Shown one piece after another: positions 26,308-35,396 of a stretch of DNA of 64,000 bases. The notes below the pieces were generated by a model, which was given only the letters and a program-made list of their open reading frames with translations, did no database searches and had not been told where the DNA came from. Position numbers and translations under genes: made by a program. The DNA is from Patescibacteria group bacterium. GTDB lineage: Bacteria; Patescibacteriota; Minisyncoccia; Moranbacterales; UBA1568. Each line of letters opens with the position of its first letter. Within the stretch, counting starts at the first letter, position 1. The stretch spans positions 2,563 through 66,562 of the forward strand of contig JBBTWT010000003.1 of the NCBI GenBank assembly GCA_038078615.1. Direction: 5' to 3'.

Positions 26308-27937
26308 AGGAGGTTTCAGGAGTGATCAGCAGAAACGCCAGAAAGACGAAGAGCCAGCCGAGAAACAGTCCGGAATTGAAAAGATTGAAGACGGTCGCGG
26401 AAATGACCGTGGAAAAAAGTATGAGCGCAAGCGAGGATCGCTTTCTTAAGCCGAGGTACAGCCATTTGCCAGCCAAGCCGACCCAGAACGCGACAAAAGC
26501 GAGCGCTCCGATGACACCGGCGCCAAGCCAGACCTCAAGAAAGATATTGCTGGCATTCAGTCCCGCTCCCCCGCCCGCATCGTTACGCGAGTCCGCTGAC
26601 GAAGCGTTTCGGGCAGGCCGCCCGTCTGTCCCGAGATACTCCGAAATGACGCCGAATCCGACACCGGCGAACCAGTGTGCCCGTATGATACCGACGACCT
26701 TCCCATATATGCCCTGACGGATATCCACATTCGGATCGTTTCGGGATATTTCCGTCACATACGCTCCTGCCGCCCGTTTCGCCGCGATGTCTTCGAGACG
26801 GATATGCTCACAGCCATACCCGGCCAACGCTTCCAGGGAATCTATCCTGTCCGGAAGAGAGACTGCTTGTCCGCACGCGATGGTTATTTTCTGATCTCCG
26901 GAAACGACACTCTTGCTACGATCGAGCAAATCGAATGGAGTCAAGCCCGATATATATACCAGAAGAAGCGCCGCACAGAACGGGAGACTGATGAAGAGTT
27001 TCACGAAAAAAGCTCTTTTCAGGATCTGCGTGTTCCGCCAGTAGAGCGCGTCGAAAATCCCTCTCTGCCAGCCGAATATGAGGAGCGCCGATGCCAGTCC
27101 CGCAAGCGCCGCGAGCCATGCGCTCCGGCTGACACTCAGGATGAGCGCCGTAAAACCGAAGAAGAGCAGCACGGAAAAAATGACCCGGGCCGTTCTGAGA
27201 GGAGCGTATCTCGAGACGAGCGCTGGAGAGACGATGAGCGCGCCAAGCGCCGTGATGATCGCCGCGAGATAGCCGCCGAGCCAATCCGCCTCCGAAAATG
27301 TCGCATTGGGCCGTCCCGCCATCACTTCCAGGCTTTCTCTGCCGGAGAGAAAGAGGATATTCTGCAGTATGGCATAGCAGGAAACGACCAGGAAAGAAGA
27401 GAAAAGGAACGGCAGAAGCATCCGCGCGTCATCGGTCGAGCGTACGAAGAGACGGCAGACGAAGTACAGGCAGATGAAGGAAGCCAGGATGACGCTCAAT
27501 GCGAGAGCCGCAGCTTGGTCATCGCTCATGAGTGCGGAAAAAAATGAGCTCACTCCGAAAACTATCAGGAGGACGTCCCAGATATTCGGAACGAATTTTT
27601 CCAGAGGAAAACGTCCGAGCGCCAGACGGACGGCGAGCGCGAGTACGATCAGCGCCAAAAGCCACTGGTACGGACGTATCATAATGCCGAAGCCTGCCGG
27701 CGCGATACTGATGATCTCATACGGCAGCATCCCGATAAGGAGGAGAAACGCCCAGCCCGGCCGGTACAGGGCGCAGAGGAATCCGATGAAGGAGAAAAAA
27801 GCGAAATTGACCGGATCGAGCGGCAGCGTCGCCGTGAAAGAAAGCGCGATCAGAGCGGCTCCGGCGAGCGTATTGAAGAGCACCAGCGACAGCTTGTTCA
27901 TGCTCCATCCGAATGGCAGGCGGAAATCAGGTGACAT
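26294..27937 (-). CDS. O-antigen ligase / Wzy_C-domain polytopic membrane protein
   Basis: At least 10 predicted TM helices. Has a LSVSRSAWLAALAGL segment and a large external loop, as in WaaL/Wzy-like proteins. Confidence 0.6.
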   Translation of the reverse strand: MSPDFRLPFGWSMNKLSLVLFNTLAGAALIALSFTATLPLDPVNFAFFSFIGFLCALYRPGWAFLLLIGMLPYEIISIAPAGFGIMIRPYQWLLALIVLALAVRLALGRFPLEKFVPNIWDVLLIVFGVSSFFSALMSDDQAAALALSVILASFICLYFVCRLFVRSTDDARMLLPFLFSSFLVVSCYAILQNILFLSGRESLEVMAGRPNATFSEADWLGGYLAAIITALGALIVSPALVSRYAPLRTARVIFSVLLFFGFTALILSVSRSAWLAALAGLASALLIFGWQRGIFDALYWRNTQILKRAFFVKLFISLPFCAALLLVYISGLTPFDLLDRSKSVVSGDQKITIACGQAVSLPDRIDSLEALAGYGCEHIRLEDIAAKRAAGAYVTEISRNDPNVDIRQGIYGKVVGIIRAHWFAGVGFGVISEYLGTDGRPARNASSADSRNDAGGGAGLNASNIFLEVWLGAGVIGALAFVAFWVGLAGKWLYLGLRKRSSLALILFSTVISATVFNLFNSGLFLGWLFVFLAFLLITPETSYDKS

Positions 27938-27941
27938 ACGT

Positions 27942-29144
27942 TTATTCCAATGTGGCTAATGTTTTTTCCGTGAAGCTCTTCCAGCTGAATTGTACCGCTT
28001 GAGGGGCGCTTCGGGCAATGAGCGATCCGCGCAGCGTCTCGTCTGTCAGCAGCCGCTCCATCTGCGCCGCCATCTCTTCGGCATTCTCCGGATCGACGTA
28101 GAGAACGGCGTCCCCGCCCACTTCCGGCAGCGACGATGTCCCGGAAACGAGAGCCGGCACGCTCATCCGAAGCGCCTCGAGCACCGGCAGGCCGAATCCC
28201 TCATACAGCGACGGGTAGACGAAAAACAGCGCGCCATGATAGAGGGCAGGCAGATCTTCATCCGGTACGAATCCGAGCAGCTTCACTTTTTCTTGCAATC
28301 CCAACTCTTCCACTAGGCCTCGTACATCCGTTGCCAGCTTATTATTTTTATCAAAAACCTTCCCACTGATCACAAGCGGCGGAACTTCTTTCCTTGACTG
28401 CTGACCGGCATTCGTTGTCTGTTGTCTGTTAACGGTTAACTGTTGATACGCCCGTAACAGCGTCTCCGCGTTCTTGCGGATCTCGAGTCCCCCGCCATGA
28501 TAGATATAGCCGGAATGCAGATCATATTTCTTCAGAACATCAGCGGCCGCTTCCGCAGTGATGACTCGGGAAAACCGCGGCGCGACATCGAGAAAGGCGA
28601 CCGATATCTTTTCGACGGGGATATCCAGCGCGCGCATCAGATCGCTTTTCGTGTGTTCCGATATCGCCACGATATGATCGGCCGCGCGGATGCCCCGTTC
28701 CACCGCCTTCCAGTGCCATGTCTGCCGCATGTTCCCGAGATACTGCGGAAACAGCCGCGGAATGATATCGTGGACTACCATCGTGTGCCGTATCGTTTTT
28801 TGCTGACCGCTGACCGTTGACTGAAAAATGGTCGATGACTGATAGAGGCTGAGGAAAGCGTCGCAGCCGTCTTTCGCCGCTTCGCGCGCCGCCTGTTTCT
28901 CCCAAAGCATCTTCCTGATCAGATCGTCGCGCTTCCAGAACGGCAGGAAGACGCGCATATGGAAATTCTCCGGCAACGAAAAGTCAAGTCCCGGCTCCTC
29001 CTCGCAATACAAAAAGAATTCCGAGTTTTGACATTTGGAATTTGAATTTTGACATTCCGCTAACTTTTGTAAAAAGTTAGCGGTCACCTGCCCGATCCCG
29101 GTTCCCGGCTTGCGCAGAAATGAGGCGTTGATTCCGATTTTCAT
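27942..29144 (-). CDS. glycosyltransferase family 4 carrying three in-frame low-complexity tracts
   Basis: MKIGINASFLRKPGTGIGQ... and PSLYEGFGLPVLEALRMSVPALVSGTSSLPEVGGDAVLYVDP. ATG at 29144 preferred over 29225. Confidence 0.85.
   Translation of the reverse strand: MKIGINASFLRKPGTGIGQVTANFLQKLAECQNSNSKCQNSEFFLYCEEEPGLDFSLPENFHMRVFLPFWKRDDLIRKMLWEKQAAREAAKDGCDAFLSLYQSSTIFQSTVSGQQKTIRHTMVVHDIIPRLFPQYLGNMRQTWHWKAVERGIRAADHIVAISEHTKSDLMRALDIPVEKISVAFLDVAPRFSRVITAEAAADVLKKYDLHSGYIYHGGGLEIRKNAETLLRAYQQLTVNRQQTTNAGQQSRKEVPPLVISGKVFDKNNKLATDVRGLVEELGLQEKVKLLGFVPDEDLPALYHGALFFVYPSLYEGFGLPVLEALRMSVPALVSGTSSLPEVGGDAVLYVDPENAEEMAAQMERLLTDETLRGSLIARSAPQAVQFSWKSFTEKTLATLE
28393..28448. repeat. heptamer-phased tract (..GTTGTCT GTTGTCT GTTAACG GTTAACT GTTGATA) inside the GT4 CDS
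   Basis: Direct reading. Encodes QQLTVNRQQTTNAGQQSRKE on the minus strand. Confidence 0.85.
28802..28843. repeat. heptamer-phased tract (GCTGACC GCTGACC GTTGACT ...) inside the GT4 CDS
   Basis: Direct reading. Encodes QSTVSGQQKT on the minus strand. Confidence 0.8.
29025..29082. repeat. heptamer-phased tract (GTTTTGA CATTTGG AATTTGA ATTTTGA CATTCCG) abutting an 11-bp-stem palindrome, inside the GT4 CDS
   Basis: Encodes ECQNSNSKCQNSE. The palindrome CGCTAACTTTT-GTA-AAAAGTTAGCG (29058-29082) encodes TANFLQKLA. Confidence 0.75.
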
Positions 29145-29264
29145 AATGCTTCCATTATACCAAGGAATGAAAAAACTACGAACCCGCGGGTTCCTGATTG
29201 CCAATGTCCCCCGTTTTTTGTACAATGGTACGTATCAACCGCATATTGTCCTAAAGGCCTCACT

Positions 29265-30548
29265 ATGAGTCAGAAAGCAAAGACGGTCGCTGTCGTCGGG
29301 CTCGGGTATGTCGGATTGCCGCTTGCCATACGCGCCAAAGAACGGGGCTATGATGTCATCGGTTTCGATACGGATGCGAAGAAAATCGCCCTTTTGCAAA
29401 GCGGCAGAAGCCCCATCAAGGACGAGTTTCTCGAAAAAAACCTCCCCGAGCATCCTTTCGATGCGACTACCAATCCAGCGAAGCTCTCATCGGCCGATAT
29501 CATCCTCATCTGTGTGCCGACTCCGGTCGACGAGAAATTCTATCCGGATCTCATGCCGGTCATCTCCGCTTCCGCGCTGATCGCCAAGCATGCCAAGAAA
29601 GGCGCGCTCGTCGTGCTCGAATCCACCGTCAACCCGGGCGTCAGCGAAGAAGTCGTCAGGCCGATCTTCGAAAAAGCCGGGTTCACCGTAGGCTCGGACA
29701 TCTACCTCGCCCACTGTCCCGAACGCATCAACCCCGGCGATCCGAAATGGAACGTCACCAACATCCCGCGCGTCGTCGGGTCATTCGACGAGACCGGGCT
29801 CGGCATGGCGTACGATTTCTACGTTTCGATCGTCGACGGTGAGATCCGCAAGATGCGCTCCATCCGCGAAGCCGAAGCCGTCAAGATCGTGGAGAATTCC
29901 TTCCGCGATATCAATATCGCGTTCGTCAACGAGCTCGCCCGCTCTTTCGACGTGCTCGGCATCGATGTGAAAGACGTGATACTCGGTGCCGCGACCAAGC
30001 CGTTCGCCTTCATGGCGCACTTTCCTTCGTGCGGCGTCGGCGGCCACTGCATCCCGGTCGATCCCTACTATCTCATCGAGCGCGCCAAGCAGTCGGGCTT
30101 CGATCACAAGTTCCTGAAAATCGCGAGAGAGATCAACAACAGCATGCCGGCATATACCGTGGAGCTCCTGCAGGACGCGCTGAATACCGCCAAGCTGCCG
30201 CTCAATGGCACGAGAATCGGCGTTCTCGGGCTGGCGTACAAGGCGAATATCGACGACCTGCGCGAATCTCCCGCTTTCAAGGTCATAGAACACCTGAAAA
30301 AGCATCACGCCGAGGTGGAAGTCTTCGACCCGCACGTCACCAGCCGCTCGACGACGCAGTCTCTCGAGGATCTGCTCGGCAAATCCCAGGCGCTCGTACT
30401 CGTGACCGATCACAAGGAATTCAAGGAATCTATCACACCGGAGCTTCTGAAGAAACACGGCATCAGGGTCATCATCGACGGCAAAAACTGTCTCGACAAG
30501 CAATTATTCGAAAAATCAGGTATCATCTATAAAGGCATCGGCCGATAA
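29265..30548 (+). CDS. nucleotide-sugar dehydrogenase (UDP-N-acetylhexosamine 6-dehydrogenase type, WecC/WbpA-like)
   Basis: VAVVGLGYVGLPLA Rossmann fold. Catalytic Cys context GVGGHCIPVDPYY. C-terminal UDP-binding domain LGLAYKANIDDLRESP. Confidence 0.85.
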   Translation: MSQKAKTVAVVGLGYVGLPLAIRAKERGYDVIGFDTDAKKIALLQSGRSPIKDEFLEKNLPEHPFDATTNPAKLSSADIILICVPTPVDEKFYPDLMPVISASALIAKHAKKGALVVLESTVNPGVSEEVVRPIFEKAGFTVGSDIYLAHCPERINPGDPKWNVTNIPRVVGSFDETGLGMAYDFYVSIVDGEIRKMRSIREAEAVKIVENSFRDINIAFVNELARSFDVLGIDVKDVILGAATKPFAFMAHFPSCGVGGHCIPVDPYYLIERAKQSGFDHKFLKIAREINNSMPAYTVELLQDALNTAKLPLNGTRIGVLGLAYKANIDDLRESPAFKVIEHLKKHHAEVEVFDPHVTSRSTTQSLEDLLGKSQALVLVTDHKEFKESITPELLKKHGIRVIIDGKNCLDKQLFEKSGIIYKGIGR

Positions 30549-30551
30549 CAT

Positions 30552-30791
30552 ATGATCTTCTCCCTCCTCAAGCTCGTCGTCTGGCTCGCGGGCATCGCGG
30601 TGATCGCCTATTTCGCCCTGCCCTATGTCGGCTACGAGGTCAATCTGAATTACTGGAACGAGCGCAAGGACGTCTGCCAGGAGAAACTGACCCAATGCCG
30701 GAAAAATCTGCTTATGGGCGGTCTCGACGGAGCGAAAGAACAATGCGATTTCCAGTGTATCGACCCGTCCATATTAATCAGGAAAAAATGA
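30552..30791 (+). CDS. small membrane protein with four Cys (hypothetical)
   Basis: One N-terminal TM (LVVWLAGIAVIAYFALP), then a CQEKLTQC...CDFQC tail. Tight spacing within the operon. Confidence 0.45.
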   Translation: MIFSLLKLVVWLAGIAVIAYFALPYVGYEVNLNYWNERKDVCQEKLTQCRKNLLMGGLDGAKEQCDFQCIDPSILIRKK

Positions 30792-30798
30792 CACGCGT

Positions 30799-31752
30799 AT
30801 GAGGCTTATCGTCAATCTCCCGGCTTTCAACGAAGAGGAGAAAATCAGCGGCACCATTCAAAAAATTCCGCGTCACATCGATGGCATCGACGAAGTGCTC
30901 ACACAGGTGATCGATGACGGATCGCAGGACAAGACGGTCGCTGTCGCCAAGGCTGCCGGCGCGGATTTCGTGTATTCGAACGGCGTCAATCGTGGTGTCG
31001 GCAAGACATTCCGCGTCGCCGTGGAGCGCGCGCTCGAGAACGGCGCCGACATCATGGTGAATATCGATGCCGACGGGCAGTTCGATCCTCTCGACATCGG
31101 AAAACTCATCCGTCCGATCCTCGACGGGCAGGCCGATATGGTGAGCGCCGACCGTTTCTCCCTGCGTACGGCGAAAAATATCCCGTGGATCAAGGACGTG
31201 CTCAACCGGTTCGCCGCGAACATCATCGGCCGCTTCATGAACGCGTCGATTTCCGATCTCACCTGCGGTTTCCGCGCCTACAACCGTGAGACGATGCTGC
31301 GTCTCAATCTCCCTGGCGACTACACCTACACGCAGGAAGTGATCATCGACGCGCTCGGAAAAAACCTGAAAGTATCGTGGATACCGGTCGCGGTGACGTA
31401 TTTCGAAGGCCGCAAATCGCGCGTCGTCAAAAGCATCGCGAGCTACGTCAACAACAGTTTCCGCATCATCCTGAAAGCGGTGCGCGATGTCCGTCCGATG
31501 AAGTTTTTCGGCATTCCGGGACTCTGCCTGATACTGCTCGCCCTCATAGTCTTCATCGGCTTCCTCTGCTTCTACTTCCAGGATTTCAAGATCTCCCCGT
31601 ATCGCAATTACCTCCTGTTTTCGGCGGTGACATTCCTCATCGGCCTGCAGTTTGTCGTCTTCGCGCTCATCGCCGATATGATCAAGTCCAACCGCAAGCT
31701 CACCGAGGATCTGATGTATCTCGTGAAAAAGGAGAAATATTCTAAAAAATAA
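30799..31752 (+). CDS. GT2 polyprenyl-phosphate glycosyltransferase (DPM1/GtrB/ArnC-like) with C-terminal TMs
   Basis: VNLPAFNEEEKI, VIDDGSQDKT, NIDADGQ, plus two C-terminal TM helices. Confidence 0.8.
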   Translation: MRLIVNLPAFNEEEKISGTIQKIPRHIDGIDEVLTQVIDDGSQDKTVAVAKAAGADFVYSNGVNRGVGKTFRVAVERALENGADIMVNIDADGQFDPLDIGKLIRPILDGQADMVSADRFSLRTAKNIPWIKDVLNRFAANIIGRFMNASISDLTCGFRAYNRETMLRLNLPGDYTYTQEVIIDALGKNLKVSWIPVAVTYFEGRKSRVVKSIASYVNNSFRIILKAVRDVRPMKFFGIPGLCLILLALIVFIGFLCFYFQDFKISPYRNYLLFSAVTFLIGLQFVVFALIADMIKSNRKLTEDLMYLVKKEKYSKK

Positions 31753-31883
31753 CCAATCACCAAATTCCAAGATACAAGGAATAATCAATGACCAATTTCC
31801 GAATAGTTAATTCATGCTTGACTTTTGGTGATTGGAAATTGAAATTTCTTGGTGATTGGCACTTGGTTATTGGTACTTATTTT
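31751..31883. repeat. intercistronic inverted heptamer-motif array (CCAATCACC ... GGTGATTGG x2, GGTTATTGG)
   Basis: CCAATCACCAAA (31753-31764) is the exact complement of TTTGGTGATTGG (31824-31835). The A/C-rich form follows the stop codon and the G/T-rich form precedes the next ATG. Confidence 0.8.
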
Positions 31884-32963
31884 ATGCGCATCTTGTTTAT
31901 ATCTAGGGCTTACCCACCGATCATAGGCGGCATCGAGAACCAGAATCGCGCGCTGTCCGTGTGGCTCGGACGACTCGCTTCCGTCACGACGATCGCCAAC
32001 CGTCACGGCAAGAAGATGCTGCCGCTGTTTCTTCCGTACGCGACGGCAAGGGCTCTGGTTACCGCCTATCGCTATGATGTCGTACTGCTCGGCGACGGGG
32101 TGCTCGCCATCGTCGGATTTCTCATCAAGCTCCTCTACCCGAAAAAACCGGTGGTGGCAGTCGTGCATGGACTCGATCTGATGTACGGGAATGCCCTCTA
32201 TCAGGCATTCTGGATGAAGCGCTTTCTCCCTTCGCTCGATATGCTGATCGCCGTAAGCGGCGAAACCCGTGCCGCCGCCATCGCGCAAAATATCCCGGAA
32301 TGGAAGATCGCCGTCATCAGGAACGGCGTCGAAACGGAGGCGTTCCGAGGAGAGTATGAGAGGACGGATCTGGAAAAGCTACTCCATGAAAACCTTGCCG
32401 GGAAGTGCGTGCTTCTGACCACCGGACGCCTCGCCAGACGCAAGGGAGCCGCCTGGTTCATCCGCGCCGTGCTGCCGCGGTTGCCGCAGACGATAGTCTA
32501 TGTTCTCGCCGGCGCCGGACCGGAAGAAGAGAATATCAGAACCGCCGTGCAGAAGACAGGAGTCAACAACCAGGTAAGAATACTTGGCCATGTCACTGAC
32601 GCAGAACGCAATCTCCTCTTGCATACGGCAGATATTTTCATCCAACCGAACATCCGTGTCCCCGGAGACATGGAGGGGTTCGGCATCGCGGTCATCGAAG
32701 CCGCCGCCTGCAAACGGCCGGTCGTCGCCTCGAATCTGGAGGGACTGAAGGAAGCCATCTGCCATGATGAGAACGGCGTCCTCGTCGAGCCGGAAAATCC
32801 CGAGGCTTTTGCAAAAGCCATCCTCTCGCTCATCGAAAATGCGGATGAACGTTGGGCATTGGGAGAACGGGCGCTCCGATATACCGAAGAACATTATCAT
32901 TGGAATATCATCGCGCGACTCTATATCGAGACCCTGAACAGACTCATCGAGAAAACCAGATAA
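31884..32963 (+). CDS. glycosyltransferase family 4
   Basis: MRILFISRAYPP... and DMEGFGIAVIEAAACKRPVVASNLEGLKEAI. The 32 upstream codons of ORF 31788 are translated repeat sequence and are excluded. Confidence 0.8.
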   Translation: MRILFISRAYPPIIGGIENQNRALSVWLGRLASVTTIANRHGKKMLPLFLPYATARALVTAYRYDVVLLGDGVLAIVGFLIKLLYPKKPVVAVVHGLDLMYGNALYQAFWMKRFLPSLDMLIAVSGETRAAAIAQNIPEWKIAVIRNGVETEAFRGEYERTDLEKLLHENLAGKCVLLTTGRLARRKGAAWFIRAVLPRLPQTIVYVLAGAGPEEENIRTAVQKTGVNNQVRILGHVTDAERNLLLHTADIFIQPNIRVPGDMEGFGIAVIEAAACKRPVVASNLEGLKEAICHDENGVLVEPENPEAFAKAILSLIENADERWALGERALRYTEEHYHWNIIARLYIETLNRLIEKTR

Positions 32964-32966
32964 ACT

Positions 32967-34940
32967 ATGCATCCGCTCATCAGCACATCTCTTTTCTTCA
33001 TCGCTTCCGGGATCCTCCTGTTCCTGCCGGGATGGGTGATACTTCGCGCATTTTTCGGCAAGCACGGTCCGCTCGCCGCTTTCGAGACGTTTCTCTTTTC
33101 TTTCGGTCTGAGCATCGGGCTCATCGATTTTCTGATGATCGTCATCGGGAAATCCGACATGGCGCTCGACATGTTCTCGCTGGCCGCGGGGATGGCCGTA
33201 TCTCTCGTCGCGCTCTCGGCGATGGCGTCCGTGATACGCCTGCTGAGAAAGAACGCGGCCGGACCAGGCATAGAGAACCGCGATCAGGCGTTCATGTTCA
33301 GCAAAAGACAGGGATGGCTCTTCATCATTCTCATCGCGCTCACCATACTGATCAAGGTCATCTATCTCACGCATGCGGTGCTGCCGACCGCGACCGATCT
33401 CGGCCACCATATGTACTGGTCCAAGCTCATCGCGACGACCGGGACGCTCCCCTCCTATGCCAAACAGGAGATCATCACCGCGGCCGATGACACTTACCGG
33501 ATCACCACCCCGGAACCGATCGCTGATTTCATCATCGGCGAACACCTGCCGTTCGCAGCTCTCAATATCTTCACCGGTCTGGATTTCCTCTCCGCGTTTC
33601 CGGTGCTCTTGCTGTGGCTTGTCAATATGCTCGGCCTGTTCGCGATGTTCGCGCTCGCGCTGCGACTCGCATCGGACATACGGAGTCCGCTCTTCTCCGG
33701 ACATATCTTCACCCCGCAGAATATCGCGCTGTCCGTATTGTTTTTCTTCGGTCCGCTCTATACGCTCGCCTCGCCGCAGGCCAAATTCGTCTCCGGCGGC
33801 GTCGTCGGCAACACGTTCGGCAACTTCTTCATCCCGCTCATCATTCTCGCCTACTACCGCGCGTTCAAGGAAAAGAGCTCTGCCTTTCTCGCTCTCGGAT
33901 TCTTTCTGACGTTCACTCTCGCCTACACCCATCATCTGAGCGTATTCATACTCCTGTTCGCGCTCATAGCCTCGGCATTCGCCTACCTTCTCTTCCGCTA
34001 CGATGCTTTGGGAGAAACGCTCCGCTCGTGGTGGAAAATCCTCTTCTCTCCCGCACCGCTCCTGACCGTCATCTTCGCCTGTATCTTCTTTTTCGCTATC
34101 GCGATGCCCGCCTATATCGAGACGAATGCCGTCGGGACCGCTATCGGAACGCCGACCAAGACGACGCGCACCGGACTCACATTCCTGCAGATCACCTTCT
34201 CCTCCGGCGAATCCCGCGTCGCCTTGGGTCTGGCCGGTCTTGCCGGGCTTCTCGCTTGCGTATCGCGCAGACGCTATGCGATGGCGTTTCTCTCCGGCTG
34301 GAGCATCGTCCTGCTCATCATGACGCTCGAACCGGGATGGCTCTTCATCGATATCCCGTCCAATCGCATCGGCGCATATCTCTCATTCCCGCTCGGTATG
34401 CTCGCCGCTTTCGCCGCTATCGCGTTCTTCGCCTCTCTTCGTACGGTATCATCCGGACTGCGCCTGCCGCATCTCCTGTTCCTCGCCACCAGCTTCTCGC
34501 TGTTCGTGTTTTCCATAGGCAGCGGGTCATTCGACAACAGCCAGACGCTCTTGCCGAAAAGCAAAGCCTTCGATACGGTGCAGACATTCGCGGCATCACG
34601 CTATCTCAAAGAGCAGAGCTCGCCGGAAGATATCATCCTCAAAGATCACAACTACATCGTCGCCGATGCATGGATGAAGCTCTTTTTCCTGCGCGACTAC
34701 GCCTACCCTCTCTCGCGCGGATTCTTCAAGCGCTATGAGGACAATCCCTCACGCGAACAGTGCACGCTCCTGATGATTTCCGTGCCCAATACCCCCCGCG
34801 GAGAAAAATGCTACAATGAGCTCGGCGTCGATCTCATCGTCGTCAATCCGCATTTCGACGCGACACAGTTCGAGAAGTCGCAGAAATTCTCCCGCATCTA
34901 TGTTTCCGACAATATCCACATATATGAACGCAAGAAATAA
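32967..34940 (+). CDS. large polytopic membrane protein, putative GT-C-type transferase or polymerase
   Basis: About 13 hydrophobic helices followed by a ~130-aa soluble C-terminal domain. No named motif recognised. Assignment rests on context among glycan genes. Confidence 0.45.
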   Translation: MHPLISTSLFFIASGILLFLPGWVILRAFFGKHGPLAAFETFLFSFGLSIGLIDFLMIVIGKSDMALDMFSLAAGMAVSLVALSAMASVIRLLRKNAAGPGIENRDQAFMFSKRQGWLFIILIALTILIKVIYLTHAVLPTATDLGHHMYWSKLIATTGTLPSYAKQEIITAADDTYRITTPEPIADFIIGEHLPFAALNIFTGLDFLSAFPVLLLWLVNMLGLFAMFALALRLASDIRSPLFSGHIFTPQNIALSVLFFFGPLYTLASPQAKFVSGGVVGNTFGNFFIPLIILAYYRAFKEKSSAFLALGFFLTFTLAYTHHLSVFILLFALIASAFAYLLFRYDALGETLRSWWKILFSPAPLLTVIFACIFFFAIAMPAYIETNAVGTAIGTPTKTTRTGLTFLQITFSSGESRVALGLAGLAGLLACVSRRRYAMAFLSGWSIVLLIMTLEPGWLFIDIPSNRIGAYLSFPLGMLAAFAAIAFFASLRTVSSGLRLPHLLFLATSFSLFVFSIGSGSFDNSQTLLPKSKAFDTVQTFAASRYLKEQSSPEDIILKDHNYIVADAWMKLFFLRDYAYPLSRGFFKRYEDNPSREQCTLLMISVPNTPRGEKCYNELGVDLIVVNPHFDATQFEKSQKFSRIYVSDNIHIYERKK

Positions 34941-34957
34941 CCTCATATCACACACAT

Positions 34958-34987
34958 ACACTTTTTACGCAATTGCGTAAAAAGTGT
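34958..34987. promoter_or_regulatory. 30-nt perfect palindrome, copy 1 (core CACTTTTTACGCAATTGCGTAAAAAGTG)
   Basis: Perfect dyad. The identical 28-nt core recurs at 52537-52564. Ends 24 nt before the ATG at 35011. Confidence 0.8.
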
Positions 34988-35010
34988 TGTCTGACAAATG
35001 GCAGAATTTT

Positions 35011-35364
35011 ATGACACAGAAACGTCTCATTTTTATTTCCTCGGCACTGTTCGTCGCCGGTTCGGCATTCCTTTTCTGGCAGAATGAGCGCGAACTGGAT
35101 CCCGACAGAGGGAAAAACTGGTGGGTCGTTTCTTTCGCTTCACCGCAAGATCCGGCCGATCTCTCCTTTACGATAGAGAATCACAGCGATCAGGAGGAGT
35201 TCCGCTATGAGATCATCGCGGGCAAAACCGTTCTCACGCGCGATATTTTTTCCGTACGGCGGGGAGAAACGCTAACCATCAACCCGCCGCTTTCAGCGAA
35301 AACCGCCGAACGCACAACTGTCACAACCAGCGCAGGAAAAGAAAAGAAGGAAATATACAGATAA
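35011..35364 (+). CDS. small membrane-anchored protein (hypothetical)
   Basis: MTQKRLIFISSALFVAGSAFLFW TM, then a ~90-aa beta-rich domain. ATG at 35011 preferred over GTG at 34984, which lies inside the palindrome. Confidence 0.5.
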   Translation: MTQKRLIFISSALFVAGSAFLFWQNERELDPDRGKNWWVVSFASPQDPADLSFTIENHSDQEEFRYEIIAGKTVLTRDIFSVRRGETLTINPPLSAKTAERTTVTTSAGKEKKEIYR

Positions 35365-35396
35365 GCAATTTATTTGCTGATACAGAGCATACTCAT

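Noticed and set aside
31788-31883. Upstream extensions of GT4 (MTNFRIVNSCLTFGDWKLKFLGDWHLVIGTYF) and of ugd (MIIDDYKS, 59615-59638).
   Set aside because: These are translations of the intercistronic repeat arrays. The conserved protein N-termini begin at the internal ATGs (31884, 59614).
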